From Rhodosorus marinus CCMP1338 (Eukaryota; Plantae; Rhodophyta): 64,000 bases of DNA. The position numbers and the translations under genes were made by a program. How positions within the stretch are numbered: position 1 is the first letter of the stretch; the number at the start of each line of letters is the position of its first letter. This document shows positions 23,606-36,241 of this stretch, one piece after another. The stretch is from positions 1,302,001 through 1,366,000 of the forward strand of contig JAMWBK010000008.1 of assembly GCA_029953675.1 (NCBI GenBank), written 5' to 3'. The notes under the pieces were generated by a model. That model saw nothing but the letters and a program-made list of their open reading frames with translations, made no database searches and had not been told where the DNA came from.

Positions 23606-25808
23606 ATCTACAGCGTACTCGCAGCACTTGTCAAGACAAGACCAGTGCTTCAAAATATGTCGGACACGGTGACAATGATCGTCACCACCTTTCCAACATA
23701 CGTAAATCATATAAAAACGTAGAAAGTTTTGGGAGCTGGTGTTTCCAGAGAACGCTGTACGTTTCCAAGGCGGAGGCTGTGGGGAATCAAAATCCCTATA
23801 CTGGGATATCAATTTTTTGGATTTTCCGCTCCATCAACCTCTCATACTACATAAGCGTAAAAAACCATCATCAGGTATCTTACGCTTTGGCAGTTATAAT
23901 CTTGGAGGAAAACGGGGCTTTCCATCAGTTCGTGTTTGGAACCTGAACGGTGCGAACTGGGATATCCGACCTCCATCTTGTCATAAGCATAGACTGAAAA
24001 CCTCCATGTGTTTGGGCGATTAGCAACGGCGTGAAGAGCATAGAACGTAAACAAAAACTGGGGCGCAAAAGTTTCTTCGAAAGCGGTTGGAATGGATCAC
24101 CAACCGTCCAAACAACTTCCAAACAGCTTGCCGTTCTCAGGGGCAATTTTTGCTAGCATATCAACGAACCAGCGCAAGTGGCCTTGTTTTCAAGGTGAAA
24201 GAAAGGCGTTGAAGTTTTGGAGACAACTTTCTTTTTGTCAATTTAGCTCCATGTCGTCACCGCGATTAAGTGTAATTTGTTTGTTGTTTTGCCACCACGC
24301 ACAATTCCACGCAAACTTTTTCTCCCAATACGATCTGAGACTACTCCTGTCCCACCACGTGTCCCTGAAAGATATCAAGATATGGTCACAGAGACGATCG
24401 CCGGCTTCTCGTTCCATATGACGCCGGTACACCATTGGTACACATATTCACCAACCAACGGCACCATTTTTCTTTTGGTTTAAAGAGACATGTCCGGAGA
24501 ACCAAACAAGAATATCCTTTTTGGAAATAACTTTTCGACCGATCTGACAACTTCTTCGAAACATATTTCAAATTCAACCTCCGTCGTGGCCAATTGAAGA
24601 CTCAGCGACATCGAGAGTTATCCAATAATCACTCGGATCGTATTGGGATCCGTTTGAACCGTCGCAAGCGAACCCCCAACCGGCGGCGGGTTTGGAATCG
24701 ATCTAGAGGTTTAGTGACGGAGCGTAAAAGACTTAGGCTAGATTTGTTCTCTAAAGGAACATAAATTCGCGTTCATTAACCATTTTATCTAGATATACAC
24801 AAAAAAGGGGCTGATTTAAGTTCTCAGTGAACTAGAAGGCTCAAGCCGCCAGGACGAACATGGCTTCTTGATTGGTTTCTGGGAAAAACATCCTACCAAT
24901 CATACACTACAACGATATCTTGAACCTGGATGGATGGTGGATATTTGCAAGAAACGAAAGGCATGATGCCCTCAGCTCTGCTTGGTTCCTCGAAAAAAGT
25001 GTGTTCTCCCGATGAGATGATGAGCCTGCGTATCACATTCCGAAACGTCAATTTCGCGCGAAAAAGTTTTTCGGATTCTTCCAAAAGCCGGATCGTTTCT
25101 CCAACGCGGAAGGACGGCGTGCTAAAGTTTTTTTCAGCACAGTTGAAACAGATCACCAATCGTTGAACGATATTTGAATTTTTTCAGTGAAAGCAGGGCT
25201 TTTTAATGCTCAAACGAGGTGCGTATTGGTCCAGCGCTTGAGGCCTCCCTTGTTGCGGGATCCGAGTGAATTTTCGAAACAAAAAGCTGCCTTCCTCCGT
25301 ATTACTTTCGTCATTTCAACGCCGTAGACCAATGAAAAGCAAGCAGTTCAGAATCTGAGAGGTCAAAGAGGTCCCGAGAGGCTAGAAGGATGGGAACGGA
25401 AACACCTCTTTGGTGGGGGGGTTTTGGATTTTTCTTTCGTTCTGGTCTTGGAATCGACACCAGCAAAAACCATCCCTTTTTGCAAGATTTTTTCTCGCAA
25501 AATATGTAAACAAGATTTGTTGCAACGCAATTCTTCCTGGGGAAACTATTTTTTTGAAACTTTTTGGAGGCAACTGCCACGGGGGCAGCTTTCACTGGAT
25601 GCAGGAAAAGCGGTGAATAATAGCTGTCGGACTAGGAGGCGCAATTCTCCTCCTGGCTCCGCTGAGGGTTTTCATTATATATGCGAAGCTAGCTGACATG
25701 TTAGTGGGACGGAGAGACAGGCGGGCCTTTGGATAAGCGAAGCGACTGACCGACTAGACAAGCATAAAAGTGCATAAAGTCGCCTTCGTGGCCGAAGCTT
25801 TTGAGAAC

Positions 25809-26429
25809 ATGGCAGCTGCTGGTAAGAGAATGATTGGTGGGGTGAATTGGGAAGAACAAGAAGCAAACAAGCGGGCCCGGCATGATTCGCCAGTGACTCA
25901 GTCGGACACTGACTCGGAAGGCGAGTATGAAGAAGCCGAAAACCAGTTTGTCGAGGGATTGACGAAAGCGCTGGAGCTGATGATCGACCAGGCCAATGAG
26001 CGAGGGAAAGTCAGGACCGCAGCTCATGACGAGGCGAAAGTTGGAATTTTCTACTCATCGCACAAGCAGAGCTTTTCCCTCGCGTTCTACATCAGGCGTT
26101 TGATCGACTATTGCGGATGCTCGAACTCTGCATTTGTTCTCATGTTGGTATATATGGACCGCGTGCTCTCTTCACAGCCTTTGATAGCGCTGTCCGAGTA
26201 TAACGTCCATAGGCTGACAATGACCGCGTTAGTCTTAGCGACAAAATACCTGGAGGATGAGGTGCGGACTAATAGTTACTATGCCCGCGTCGGTGGAATT
26301 TCGACGATGAAGGAGATGAACAAGTTGGAGGGGGCAATGCTCTCGATCCTCAACTTCGATCTATATGTCGATCCAGAGGAGTTCGATATGTACCAAAGTT
26401 TCATCTACGACGTGAAAGGAAAATACTAG
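25809..26429 (+). CDS. PHO80/U-type (P-type) cyclin
   Basis: FYSSHKQSFSLAFYIRRLIDYCGCSNSAFVLMLVYMDR...NVHRLTMTALVLATKYLEDEVRTNSYYARVGGIS...MNKLEGAMLSILNFDLYV, the canonical cyclin-U/PHO80 box. Single exon; first ATG at 25809. Confidence 0.92.
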   Translation: MAAAGKRMIGGVNWEEQEANKRARHDSPVTQSDTDSEGEYEEAENQFVEGLTKALELMIDQANERGKVRTAAHDEAKVGIFYSSHKQSFSLAFYIRRLIDYCGCSNSAFVLMLVYMDRVLSSQPLIALSEYNVHRLTMTALVLATKYLEDEVRTNSYYARVGGISTMKEMNKLEGAMLSILNFDLYVDPEEFDMYQSFIYDVKGKY

Positions 26430-27817
26430 GATCTTGTTCCTGCGTCGAGCGAGAACCGAAGTCTAATATTAATAGCAAATAGTTGTTTACGTTCCGATTT
26501 TGTTGGGTTAACAGTGCCACCTATCTATATATCTATGTATTCTATATTATATAAACTACAAAAACTTTATACTATGAAAATGCCGCGTCGGACGCAGTTG
26601 CGATAGCTGAACATGGTATGTGATCCACTGCACAAAGACTGCAATACAGGATAGGGCAGATTCTTGGACATGGGGAGGGCGCGGATTGTACTGAGCCTTA
26701 GAAGACGTTTTGACTACCACCAGGACAACGGCCGCTGAAGCCATTCATACGATTCTTGTGACTAGAATTGGTCGCGTGATAGAGTCTTCAATGAACGGTA
26801 GTCCGCTAGTGTAATCCCAGCACCCACAGGAAATCGTTCAAGAGCGTGCTACTGGAATACCGCCCTCGGCACTTATTAGGGTGGCCTGGATGCGGACCAA
26901 GCAATCTGCGTGCACCGTACACATCAGTACAAAACCAATGGCTTTTTCCAGCCGAGACTCAACGATGTGGATTTGAGAGGAGCCAACTGTTCCGTCGCTT
27001 CTATATACCATTTCACCTTACCATACAATTGTACGGAATGGTCAGGGACAAACGTAGAGAGGCTAAACTCTTGACCGTCCGCCCGCACTCTTTTCGGGTC
27101 AAATGGGTAGGACACATTTAGGAGAACAAACAAAGATGCACTGAAGTCCGCCTAGCCACTGTAGTAAATGCTGCCTCCATCCGTTTTTTGGGACAACAAC
27201 CGCCCTCCCCTGTAGGCAAACGACAAGTGACAGTTTTCTGCCAATAATATTCACCATAACATGTATTCGAAAAGGGAGCTTACTCTTACCCCTACAAGAA
27301 CAATACATATATTAGCCAATCATTAGCTTCCAAATATTTCCCGTATCCAATAAAAATGCATAACAAACGTGACAGTTGTCCCCATTTTTCTCGTTGAAGA
27401 TTGAAGAGTTCTAACTGGCAGTTGGAGTTCAGGGCCGATTTCTTGCTTGTTTTTGGAGTAGTGCCGACGGCGAGTCTAGAAGAGCGCCTGAAGCAATCGA
27501 AATTTCTTCAACAATATTAGAACTCCAACCCATTTTTGCCGTCTCCATTTTCCGTTCGCTTATTCCGTGGACCTCTGGGTTTCATTGAAAAGCAATACAA
27601 AGTTTTCTGGTGTGCGTGAACGGAAAGGAAAGGAAGCAGTTGGATGGCTTGGCGATGATTCGCTGACACGAGCCAGGACGGAAAATTCCATTCTAATATA
27701 AAGGCTTGAGAGGGGGTAAATCAAGTGTTAAGGGGTGAGGCAGTGACTGTGACGCGGACGGGATGGTCTGCGGAGAATTGGAGTTTCGAATAGAAGGCGG
27801 TAAGAGCTATATCGAGA

Positions 27818-30081
27818 ATGGGTTCGGGGGGAGGTATTCCAGTTGAGGGGATGAAGAAGAGTGCTGAGCCAAAGCTCAAGCGCAAGCGTCCTGACAAGGA
27901 TGGGGAGAAGAGGAAAACGAAAAAACCGAAAAAGGTTGATAATGTGCAAACTGGAAAAGAGCAGAACAGGGAACCCGCTGAGAACGAACTTGTCGAGAGC
28001 AAGATGACTACCGGTGAGGAGTACTCGAACCCGTCCGCCAATGACGAAATGAGAAGCGTTGAAAATTTTGACCTCACAAGCAAGACGGCTATGGCCCTCA
28101 AAAATAAGGGATTCGAGAAGCTGTTCCCAATTCAGGCTGCGACGCTTGATATCATTCGTGGTGGCAACGACGTTATCGCCAGGGCAAAGACTGGCTCTGG
28201 AAAAACTCTGGCGTTTGTTATTCCTGTTATCGACGGACTGGCGAAGCAGATGAGTGAGAAGCGCCCTCGGTACAAGTCTATTCAGGTCGTTGCTCTGGCT
28301 CCTACGCGCGAGCTTGCGAACCAGGTTGCCAGGGATTTTGAGTTCCTCGCTGAGGCCCACGGACTGGAAACCCTCTGCGTATATGGCGGAACTTCGTTCG
28401 GTCCCCAGTGCAATGCGCTCCGAGCGGGCGTTGATGTTGTCATTGCGACTCCGGGTCGACTTATTGACCACATCGAGCGAGGCACAATTTCCCTCTCTGA
28501 CGTCAAGTACTTCGTTCTCGACGAGGCTGATGAAATGCTAAGCATGGGATTCAAAGAAGAAGTCGAAAAAATCCTGGAGAAGGCACAATCTGATCGACAG
28601 ACGCTTCTGTTTTCGGCGACTGTGCCAAAATGGGTTAAGGAACTTGCTAATAAGTACTTGAAACCCCAACACAAAACAGTGGATCTAGTTGGTGACAGCG
28701 CCAATCGTACCAACAAAGATATCACCCATCTTGCGATCAGCTGCCCGTGGCATGCCAGGGGTGACACGCTGGGAGATCTTGTTAAGGTAAGCTGATGTAC
28801 TTGAAACCCTTGAAAGTCCTTTAACAAGCGATTCTCAAACACGAGTTGTTCGTCGGATTAGGTTCATGCCGGTACATTTGGCAAGTCGCTAGTTTTCACT
28901 GACACGAAGAAGGAAGCGAATGAACTCGCGGAAGATCCCAAGCTGGTGGCGCTGGGTAGTGCTGTTTTGCACGGAGATATTCCCCAAGGTCAGCGTGAAA
29001 CTACTCTGGAAAAGTACCGGGATGGACGAACCAAGTGCCTCATCGCTACCGACGTTGCAGCACGCGGACTGGATATTGACGGCGTTGACTTGGTAGTACA
29101 GACTCATCCGCCAATGAACTACGACACTTACATCCACAGATCCGGAAGGACTGGGCGGGCAGGGAAAAAGGGAGTTTGCGTAACGTTTTACACGATCAAA
29201 GAGGAGTGCGCCGTTCGCGTGCTTGAGCACAAGACCGGCGTCAAACTTAAGCGAGTGGGACCGCCGCAGCCACGAGATGTGGTGAAGGCAGCAGCCACCG
29301 ATGCAACTCGCTTCCTTGAAAATCTACATGAGGATAACATTGAGTCCTTCCTAGACGCTGCTCGGGAACTGATGAAGAGCTCTGGCCGCGACGTAAGTTT
29401 TAATTCTCCACACAATCCGATAAGGGTCACTGATACTGCGCAGTGTGCTCAATCTGAAGTTGAATCATTCTCTCTTCCCCCCTGATCGGTGATACCCCTT
29501 TCTTCTGATAGGCCGAGGAGCTGCTTGCTGCTGCTCTTGCTCATATGACTGGTCAAACCGCGAAGATGAAAACGAGGTCAATACTCTCTTGCATGGAGAA
29601 CAACGTGGCAATTATTGTTACGCAGTCGGACAGGGAATTTGATGGTCCGAGAGCGGGATGGCAGCTGGTTAGGCGTTGCTTCCCCAGCGTACAGTCGTCC
29701 GCGAGAGGAATGACAGTATGCGCAGACAAGAAGAGTGCCATCTTTGACGTTCCAGAGGATTGCGTGCAGATGATCAAGAATGCCGAAAACCTGCCAAAAG
29801 GGGTGTTCTTTAAGGTGGCAGATGAGTTGCCTGAATTGGAATCCCGCGACATGGACCTGCGGGAAGCAGAGAGCCAACTCCGCGAAAAGAAGTCGTTTAT
29901 GTTCGGAAAACGTACTGGAAACGGTAACGGTAAAGGTGGCTTCGGTGGACGAGGAGGTGGCAACGGATACAGCTCTGGTGGTGGCAGATACGGCAACTCG
30001 AATGGTGGAGGTGATTCATGGAGAGGTCGATCGAACGGCGCCCGAGCCGCTGGTGGGAATGGAGGACACAAAAGGTTTTAA
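27818..30081 (+). CDS. DDX21: DEAD-box RNA helicase DDX21/RH7 with GUCT domain and RGG tail
   Basis: Q-motif LFPIQ, AKTGSGKT, PTRELA, DEAD, SAT, ARGLDI, HRSGRTGRAG. Lys-rich N-terminus and Gly/Arg-rich C-terminus; two introns. Confidence 0.93.
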
Positions 30082-30180
30082 CATATTTATTATACGATAA
30101 TATTTGTTTAACTAATTCCTTTATTACTATAGCTCAAACTAAGTAAAATTCAAATGGTCGGGTACGTCCATCAAAATCTG

Positions 30181-30278
30181 GTCCAAGACCTGGACCTTCG
30201 CGTACAAAAAAAGCGTCCAAGACCTGGACCTTCGCGTACAAAAAGCGTCCAAGACCTGGACCTTCGCGTACAAAAAGC
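30181..30278. repeat. Triple tandem repeat GTCCAAGACCTGGACCTTCGCGTACA(n)GC (34+32+32 bp)
   Basis: Read directly; the units differ only in A-tract length (7, 5, 5). Confidence 0.97.
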
Positions 30279-30471
30279 GTTCATCCATTTCCGGACTGCC
30301 CGGAGCTGGGAGGGGCAGCATCTTCTCAACCATTGTTGTTTGTTCAAACACTCTCTCAGCAAAGCTTCTCGCGAATTTTTCCAATGAAAACAGTCTTCTG
30401 GTTCCATCAGTTTCTCTCACTACCCTCTGAGTCTGCTGCGGTACGATTATCACCTGAAGACTGTTAGCAAA

Positions 30472-33400
30472 TCAAAATTCATCTGGTTCCGATTCCGCGT
30501 TATTGTCCATTGCGGCCTCATTCTACGAAGGAAACACGAGAACAACGACTTTCAGACGTCGGCACGTCATGGATTTTGGTCACAACATTTGTACCCAGTG
30601 CAAGTTGTAGTTACCATATCTGAAACAACGACGTTCATCGTGTCCCTCAGTCTTGAACTATGAACTGCCCAGGTATGCCTGACGAGAGCTGTTGCGCTGG
30701 ATATGATCTCCGCAGCAACTTCCGCACCGCCGCCAGCTCTGCGGAATCCGCAGGCCTCCAGCTCTTGAATACGAAGCTCACCTCCACCTCCGCCAGACAA
30801 TACTGCCTCTCGAAACCGTCTTCCAAGACGTCTGAAAAACGAAGACGTGCGTGTTCTTCAGAAAAAAAAAGTCGTCGGAGTCCGTGGTGTTTCAAAATTT
30901 CAGAAGATATGAATCACCTCCTCAGGACCCCATAAAGAGCGTCGCCATCGCGGACGGAAGCACGAACCCAGTCTCGAACTGCTTGGTTTTCACTGTCCGA
31001 TAAATTCACGTGAACAGATTCCAATGAACTGCTCACACATTGCACAAGCGCCTGAATGCAGAAGGTTTAAACTTTCAGAATAAGTGATTGCGGAGCATCC
31101 AACGTGCATTGACAAAATACACAGCGGCGCACAGATAAAGCACTGACATCCACCACCTCCAGGTCAAGGACAATCGAAAAAAGAGTCGCATGAGAGTCTT
31201 GCTGATTCATTACCTGCTCAACCTCCGTCACCTCACCAAACTCAAGAGCTTTCAGTTTTTGCGCAACGCCAGTAAGATTTAACCAAGACACCGCAGAACC
31301 TCCTACATGACTCGTCTTTCGTCGAATAAACCCTTGGCACAGGTGGTGCAGACAGGCCAGCAATGTTGCCCTCTGAAGGTCGTTTTGCAGGCCAACAATC
31401 TTGAAACGGATTGATAATTAGCAAAGATCAGATTGAGCCAAAAAAGTACGTGGATGCGCGTAACCTCTATAAGCATATCTATGGCAAGCTCACCCGTTCA
31501 ACATCGAGCCGAAGCACCTCTGGGACAGGAGCCAGGGCAAATGAATCGGAAGAATCAACGACTTCGATTATGCAGTGCTTCAAAAACATTTCACAGCTGC
31601 TGTGCTTTCCCCGTCGAATCCCTAAGAAGCGTACATGAGATCGTTTAGCTCGCGGGATAAGCCGTTCGGAAGGCTCGAAAGGCAAAAAGTCTAGAAATTT
31701 GTACATTGCGAAGCTCGAAAGTACCTTGCTCGTCAATAGAGCTCATTGTTGATATGCAAGCTGCAAGCCATTGCCTCGTGTTCGGCAATTCTGGATGAAT
31801 TAGGCCGTTCTTTAGCTTTTCTTGAAACCTGAGGATGCAAACAGTACACGCTTATTCTTCAGCGGTCCTCGTTTGAGGTCTTTCTGTACCAACCCGGAAA
31901 AGTGTCGCACTTATCATACCTGGAGCTTTCGTATTGGACTCCGTTGATCTGTATGGTGGGTGCGAGCGCTAGGATGTTCGCTTTCGATACCCTCTGACGA
32001 AGTTGGAAGACCTTCCTCCGCAAACCCATCAAGACCGTGGCAGGGTTGAACGCGATTTCCTCCATCGCGCCACATAACCACATGTCTATGTTGCTATCCT
32101 CGATTGGCTCATGGAGAGTTTTAATGTAGGCGCCCGCTTCTCTTATCAGTTCTTGCAACTTGTCAATATCGTGAACGCTTCTAATGGGTTCAATGTTCAC
32201 CACTGCATTCGAGAAAAGGGAAGGATAGGCTCAGAACGAGAACGTGTGACTGTTTCAGGTCGTGGTTCTGCATACCTTGTCCAGATATTGTCTCCAAGTC
32301 GTTCTTGATCTCGCACTCAATTTTCCTCATGCTGGTAAACACGGTAGGCTGCGATCCGAGCTCATCCCTTAGGGCCCGCTCAAGCTCCTGGAACTCAGGC
32401 TCACGGGACTTCGTATTGTCCAGCTTTTCCACAAGCCCGTTGACATCGAGCATCATCTCGTGGACTAGACCCTCATTGAGGGACAGCTTTGCCCCTGATA
32501 CAGCAGACTGAAGCCTGGTGACTGCTTCGTCACCTCCAATCCGCTTAACTGCTTCCTGGATCTTCTGCAGTTTACCGTCCAACTCTACGTTCCACTGCTG
32601 GTACTCCTCTTCGCTCATGTGCTTCGCAATTATCGAGTCTCGAAGAGCTTCTGTCGCTACCGCGTCCTGAATCATTGCACAGATAATCTTTTCCGCGTCT
32701 CGAGACTTCCATTCTGCGAAACAGGCACGCCATAGCGTCCAAGCTCGCCTGCGAATCGTACAGATAACAGCCCCTGGTTAGGCCGTCGTATGCACTGCCC
32801 AACGTAATCATGAGACGTACCTTATGCTATCCAATGTTTTCCCATGATGCAAGGCACAGATCATCCACCTCGAGCAACGCAGCACGTTCATATCGAGAGC
32901 GTCCCTCCGCGGGTCTAGAACGTGTTCAGAGAATCTTGAAACCATGAACGCGGAGAGCAGGACCCTTGCTGCTGCCGGAGTGATTTCTCCTGGAGCGAAA
33001 CAGCGCATTGAAGGACAAACTATCAGATCTTACGGTACCCGAGAATCCAACTTGTGGAGTAGGCTTGGGTTTCGAAAGCAAGTGCAAAAGTTCTCAGACT
33101 CACCGTCGTCGTTCTTGCACTCAAGTACGCGTAGCGCTCTGAGCGCGTTGAGGTTGGTCTTTTTCGATCGAAGAGTTTTTGTCATGTGATCAAATTCCTG
33201 GACTGTACTCGAGCCAACTCCACTGCTATTGAGGAAGATCCTGACAGCAGCGAGGCGAGCGATCTCTTCGTCTTTCGTGTTTATTAGTCCATCTGTATTG
33301 TCTGCTTCACAATTACTGTCAATTGCTCTGGAGACCAGTGCCGAAGGCTCCGAAAAGAGCTTCCTCTGTGCTTTGCAAGTTGTCCTGGAAGCATTCTCTT

Positions 33401-34282
33401 CGTCGTTAAGGGAATCTCTTTTGAAAGTTCCTTCAAACATGCAAGGCAAAGCAGCATCGAGCTGAGTTCTTAGCAAATGAAAGAGACGACCTATTCTCGC
33501 CGATTAGGATGAACACAAAGGCTAGAGGTCGTACCCATATTCTTAGCTGGCGAAAATTTTACTGGAGTTGCTGTCGGGTGCTCGTGGAACAGTCGTCTTC
33601 TAGGGGAGTACTGCTTGGCAATCCGTTTCGGAGCAGCTGAGCTATGATTCTCGTCTTCGCTGCGGAACTCATCGCTTGCTCTCTTTCCCCTGCGCTTAGG
33701 TTTTTCCTTGCTATCCGCTGGACCCTTTTGTTTGGAGCAACGCAGAAACGGAGCTTCCACACGTTAGTGGATTAGAAGAGAAGAGAACAAACACGGGCTG
33801 ACGACTGATATCCGAGTACCTTTCTTGGAGAACCAATCAACAGGGCTTCTCCTTCATTCGCTTGCCCCACACAGTTCTGTCGCATATCCATTCTCCTCCG
33901 CGATGCCTCTTCCAGGGCTCGATCTAGCTCAGCACGTCGCATCTCAAGGAGAACATTGAACCCTTCTTTGGAGGCTCGAGAGACGTCCCTAACCTTTTGA
34001 ACGTGAACCCTGCAGCGTTCACTAACGCAAGCAACGAAACTGACCGATAAGAACGGCGCTGACCTCAAGAGACTATAACAAGTTAATTCTATTGCAGAGT
34101 CCATACCTTTTCTGCATAGAGTAGCTTTTCCTTCGTTCTGAAGCCGCATCTATCTTCGTCGAGATATCCTTTCTGGTGAGTGCTCTTTTCGATGGAGAGG
34201 GGGTCATCAAACATTTCGGAGGAGATGCTGTAGGACTCGAATTGACCGACACCGTAACAGTGTTATTCTCCCATGGAACCAT
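30472..34282 (-). CDS. TCP11: T-complex protein 11 (TCP11/SOK1) family protein, multi-exon
   Basis: AARVLLSAFMVSRFSEHVL, a coiled-coil KLQKIQEAVKRIGGDEAV segment, LVHEMMLD, and C-terminal LVRHTWAVH resemble plant/fungal TCP11. The N-terminus is Arg-rich repetitive. Exact ends are inferred from splice signals. Confidence 0.75.
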
Positions 34283-35334
34283 CGCCTTCCTTGTCCTGGT
34301 CGAACTTCTCCGACCTTTAACCCCAAACAGAAATCCCGAACAACCCAAAAACCTGTGAAAAAGACCAACCCCAACAGTCACACATGCCTCTTTGACTTGT
34401 TACAGAAATCACCCAAACTCCGAGCTCACTCACTCACTAGATGAGTCGCGGCTGCCATCCTTACGAAAGTAACTATTCTCACAACAGAGTACAGACGTTA
34501 CTAGATGATGCTGAACACCTCCCCCTCTTCCTCCCCCCTCCCACAAAAATTAAAACAAAGTCGTAATGTAAGCCTCAAGAGGTTTCTTCAATCATTACGC
34601 TAAACATGAAAACTGGTTCGATATTTATCCAATTCAGCACGGCGGTCTTTTATTGACTGAATATCTGAGGATGGTGAAAATTCCACTCCGACCAATGTTC
34701 CTTCTTCGAAGATTGTTGGCCACAAAACCTAAGAAATTCTCTTCAAGTTTCCGTTTTGCATCGAAAATAGAAAAATAGAAATATTCAGAGCTAGCCCCAA
34801 GTAACGGCTAGTTCTCAAATGGATTGTCCAATTCTTTAGGTACACGTGTATACAATTAATTGGCCTTATTTACTGGTCAGATTTTTGGGGTCCTGCTGTA
34901 TCTCAGGCGAAAATCCTGTATTGCTGCTCGGAAAGCTTCTTGAGATGCTGCAAGCTGGGATGGGGGACGAACAATGAGAAAAAAGCACAATACATGCTAA
35001 CGATATAATTGCTTTGGGCGTTTAGATTTCAGTCCGCCACCAAACAAGCGTGGCTTCCCTGGAAGAGAATGACAAGCTTCCATCTGCGGGGCCCTTACGC
35101 TTGGGGCTAGGATAAACAACGCCTTACAAATCAAATCCAACTGGACAACTGAAGGGATCGGGTCATCATTGCTTTTGGATACCAGTGAACTTGCTCAGCG
35201 GGGGATTCCTTCCGTACAACCGGAGCTTACTATCAGCGACTGGACACCACTGGACATTCACGGAGTCAAGGGGAAGGGAGTATGTGATCTAGACGTTCGA
35301 ACAGTCCGAAGCCAATCGATGATCACCCGCATGT

Positions 35335-36241
35335 CTACAGCCTCGCGATTTTCGTCTCGAACAAGTAGTTCATTGCCCCGGCGGCAAGTATTAACGCGCA
35401 CGCAAGGCTGTTAATCAGGAGGAGTTGCCGACTGAGTCTGTCGCTCTTCACGAACTCTTTGTCACTATCACTCGCAATAGCAGCAATCTCCCGCAGAAGC
35501 TCTGCTCCCTGCGGGAGAAGAAAACCTCGTTGTCTGAGTTCCCTGCATTTGTAAAACGGATGACAGCTCATACTAACCATCTGGGTGCACCCCTCCACAG
35601 CCGTTGCAAAAGTTTGTCGATTACCATCCGCTTTCTTCTTCTGTGTTTCCAGTTCGCCGTGGCTGGATACTGTTGTCTTCAGCTGAAGAAGACCACGATC
35701 TTCGCTGCCGGCGGTATTCGCAGTTGGGCTGAGCTGAAAGCACAGCCGCACACTATGCTTGTTGGGCCAACTAGTCCCTGGATCCTTCGGCATATGAAGA
35801 GCAAATACTTCATGCTTATTTTTCAGCTGCGACGAGATGAGCAGCTCTGAATCCAACCCCAGTCTCCAAGCCTAGAACGTAGGAAAAAAAATGGGAGGAA
35901 GCCGCATATTAAAAAATTCCATTCACTTCTACCAATTCGCTGCGGCGAGCCAGCGGCCCCAGTCAAAATCTGCTAGTCTCTGGTCAATGCAAGCGGAAAT
36001 GTTTCCTGAAGGTCCACTTCCGTCGTCGGTGAGGGCATACCTGAACTTCTATGCAAGTTGCCACGTTGCGGAAAGTTTCCCTCAAAACAACGAGCTCAAC
36101 CTTTAGCGAAGATCCAGCCGGTACATCCTCCTCGAAGCATTCGGCTCTGTTCCGACTTTTGCTGTCTAAGCTAAATTGGATTCCATCGGCTGGACAGATA
36201 AACATTAAAAGAAAAAACGAGCACACAACAATCGGGTCCAT
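35335..36241 (-). CDS. Divergent p24/TMED (emp24/gp25L) GOLD-domain type I membrane protein (copy A)
   Basis: Signal peptide MDPIVVCSFFLLMFICPADG, F-x-L...ECFEEDV, VRLCF, coiled coil, and C-terminal TMD LLLINSLACALILAAGAMNYLF. Confidence 0.65.

Noticed and set aside
22908-24600. A minus-strand frame whose stops are almost all TGA (13 TGA, 1 TAG before the first TAA), suggesting a UGA=Trp organellar insertion
   Set aside because: TAA and TAG are also scarce in the other two frames (general TpA depletion), and the read-through protein resembles no mitochondrial gene. This is a weak signal picked after the fact.
20336-25674. 11-bp inverted pair TGAAAACCCTC / GAGGGTTTTCA bracketing the large gap, as possible TIRs
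   Set aside because: No target-site duplication and no extension of the match. It is more simply a telo-box-like motif in sense orientation before each divergent gene, or chance.
27728-30071. Minus-strand ORFs of 170-250 aa overlapping DDX21
   Set aside because: Antisense shadows of a strongly supported gene.
30181-30278. 32-34-bp repeats as a possible CRISPR array
   Set aside because: The units are directly adjacent with no spacers, the context is eukaryotic, and no cas genes are present.
35029-35169. Minus-strand ATGATGA...CTGA with an 11-nt match (ACCCGATCCCT) to a recalled 18S rRNA segment
   Set aside because: No terminal stem, the match is not placed upstream of a D or D' box, and the C-D distance is long.
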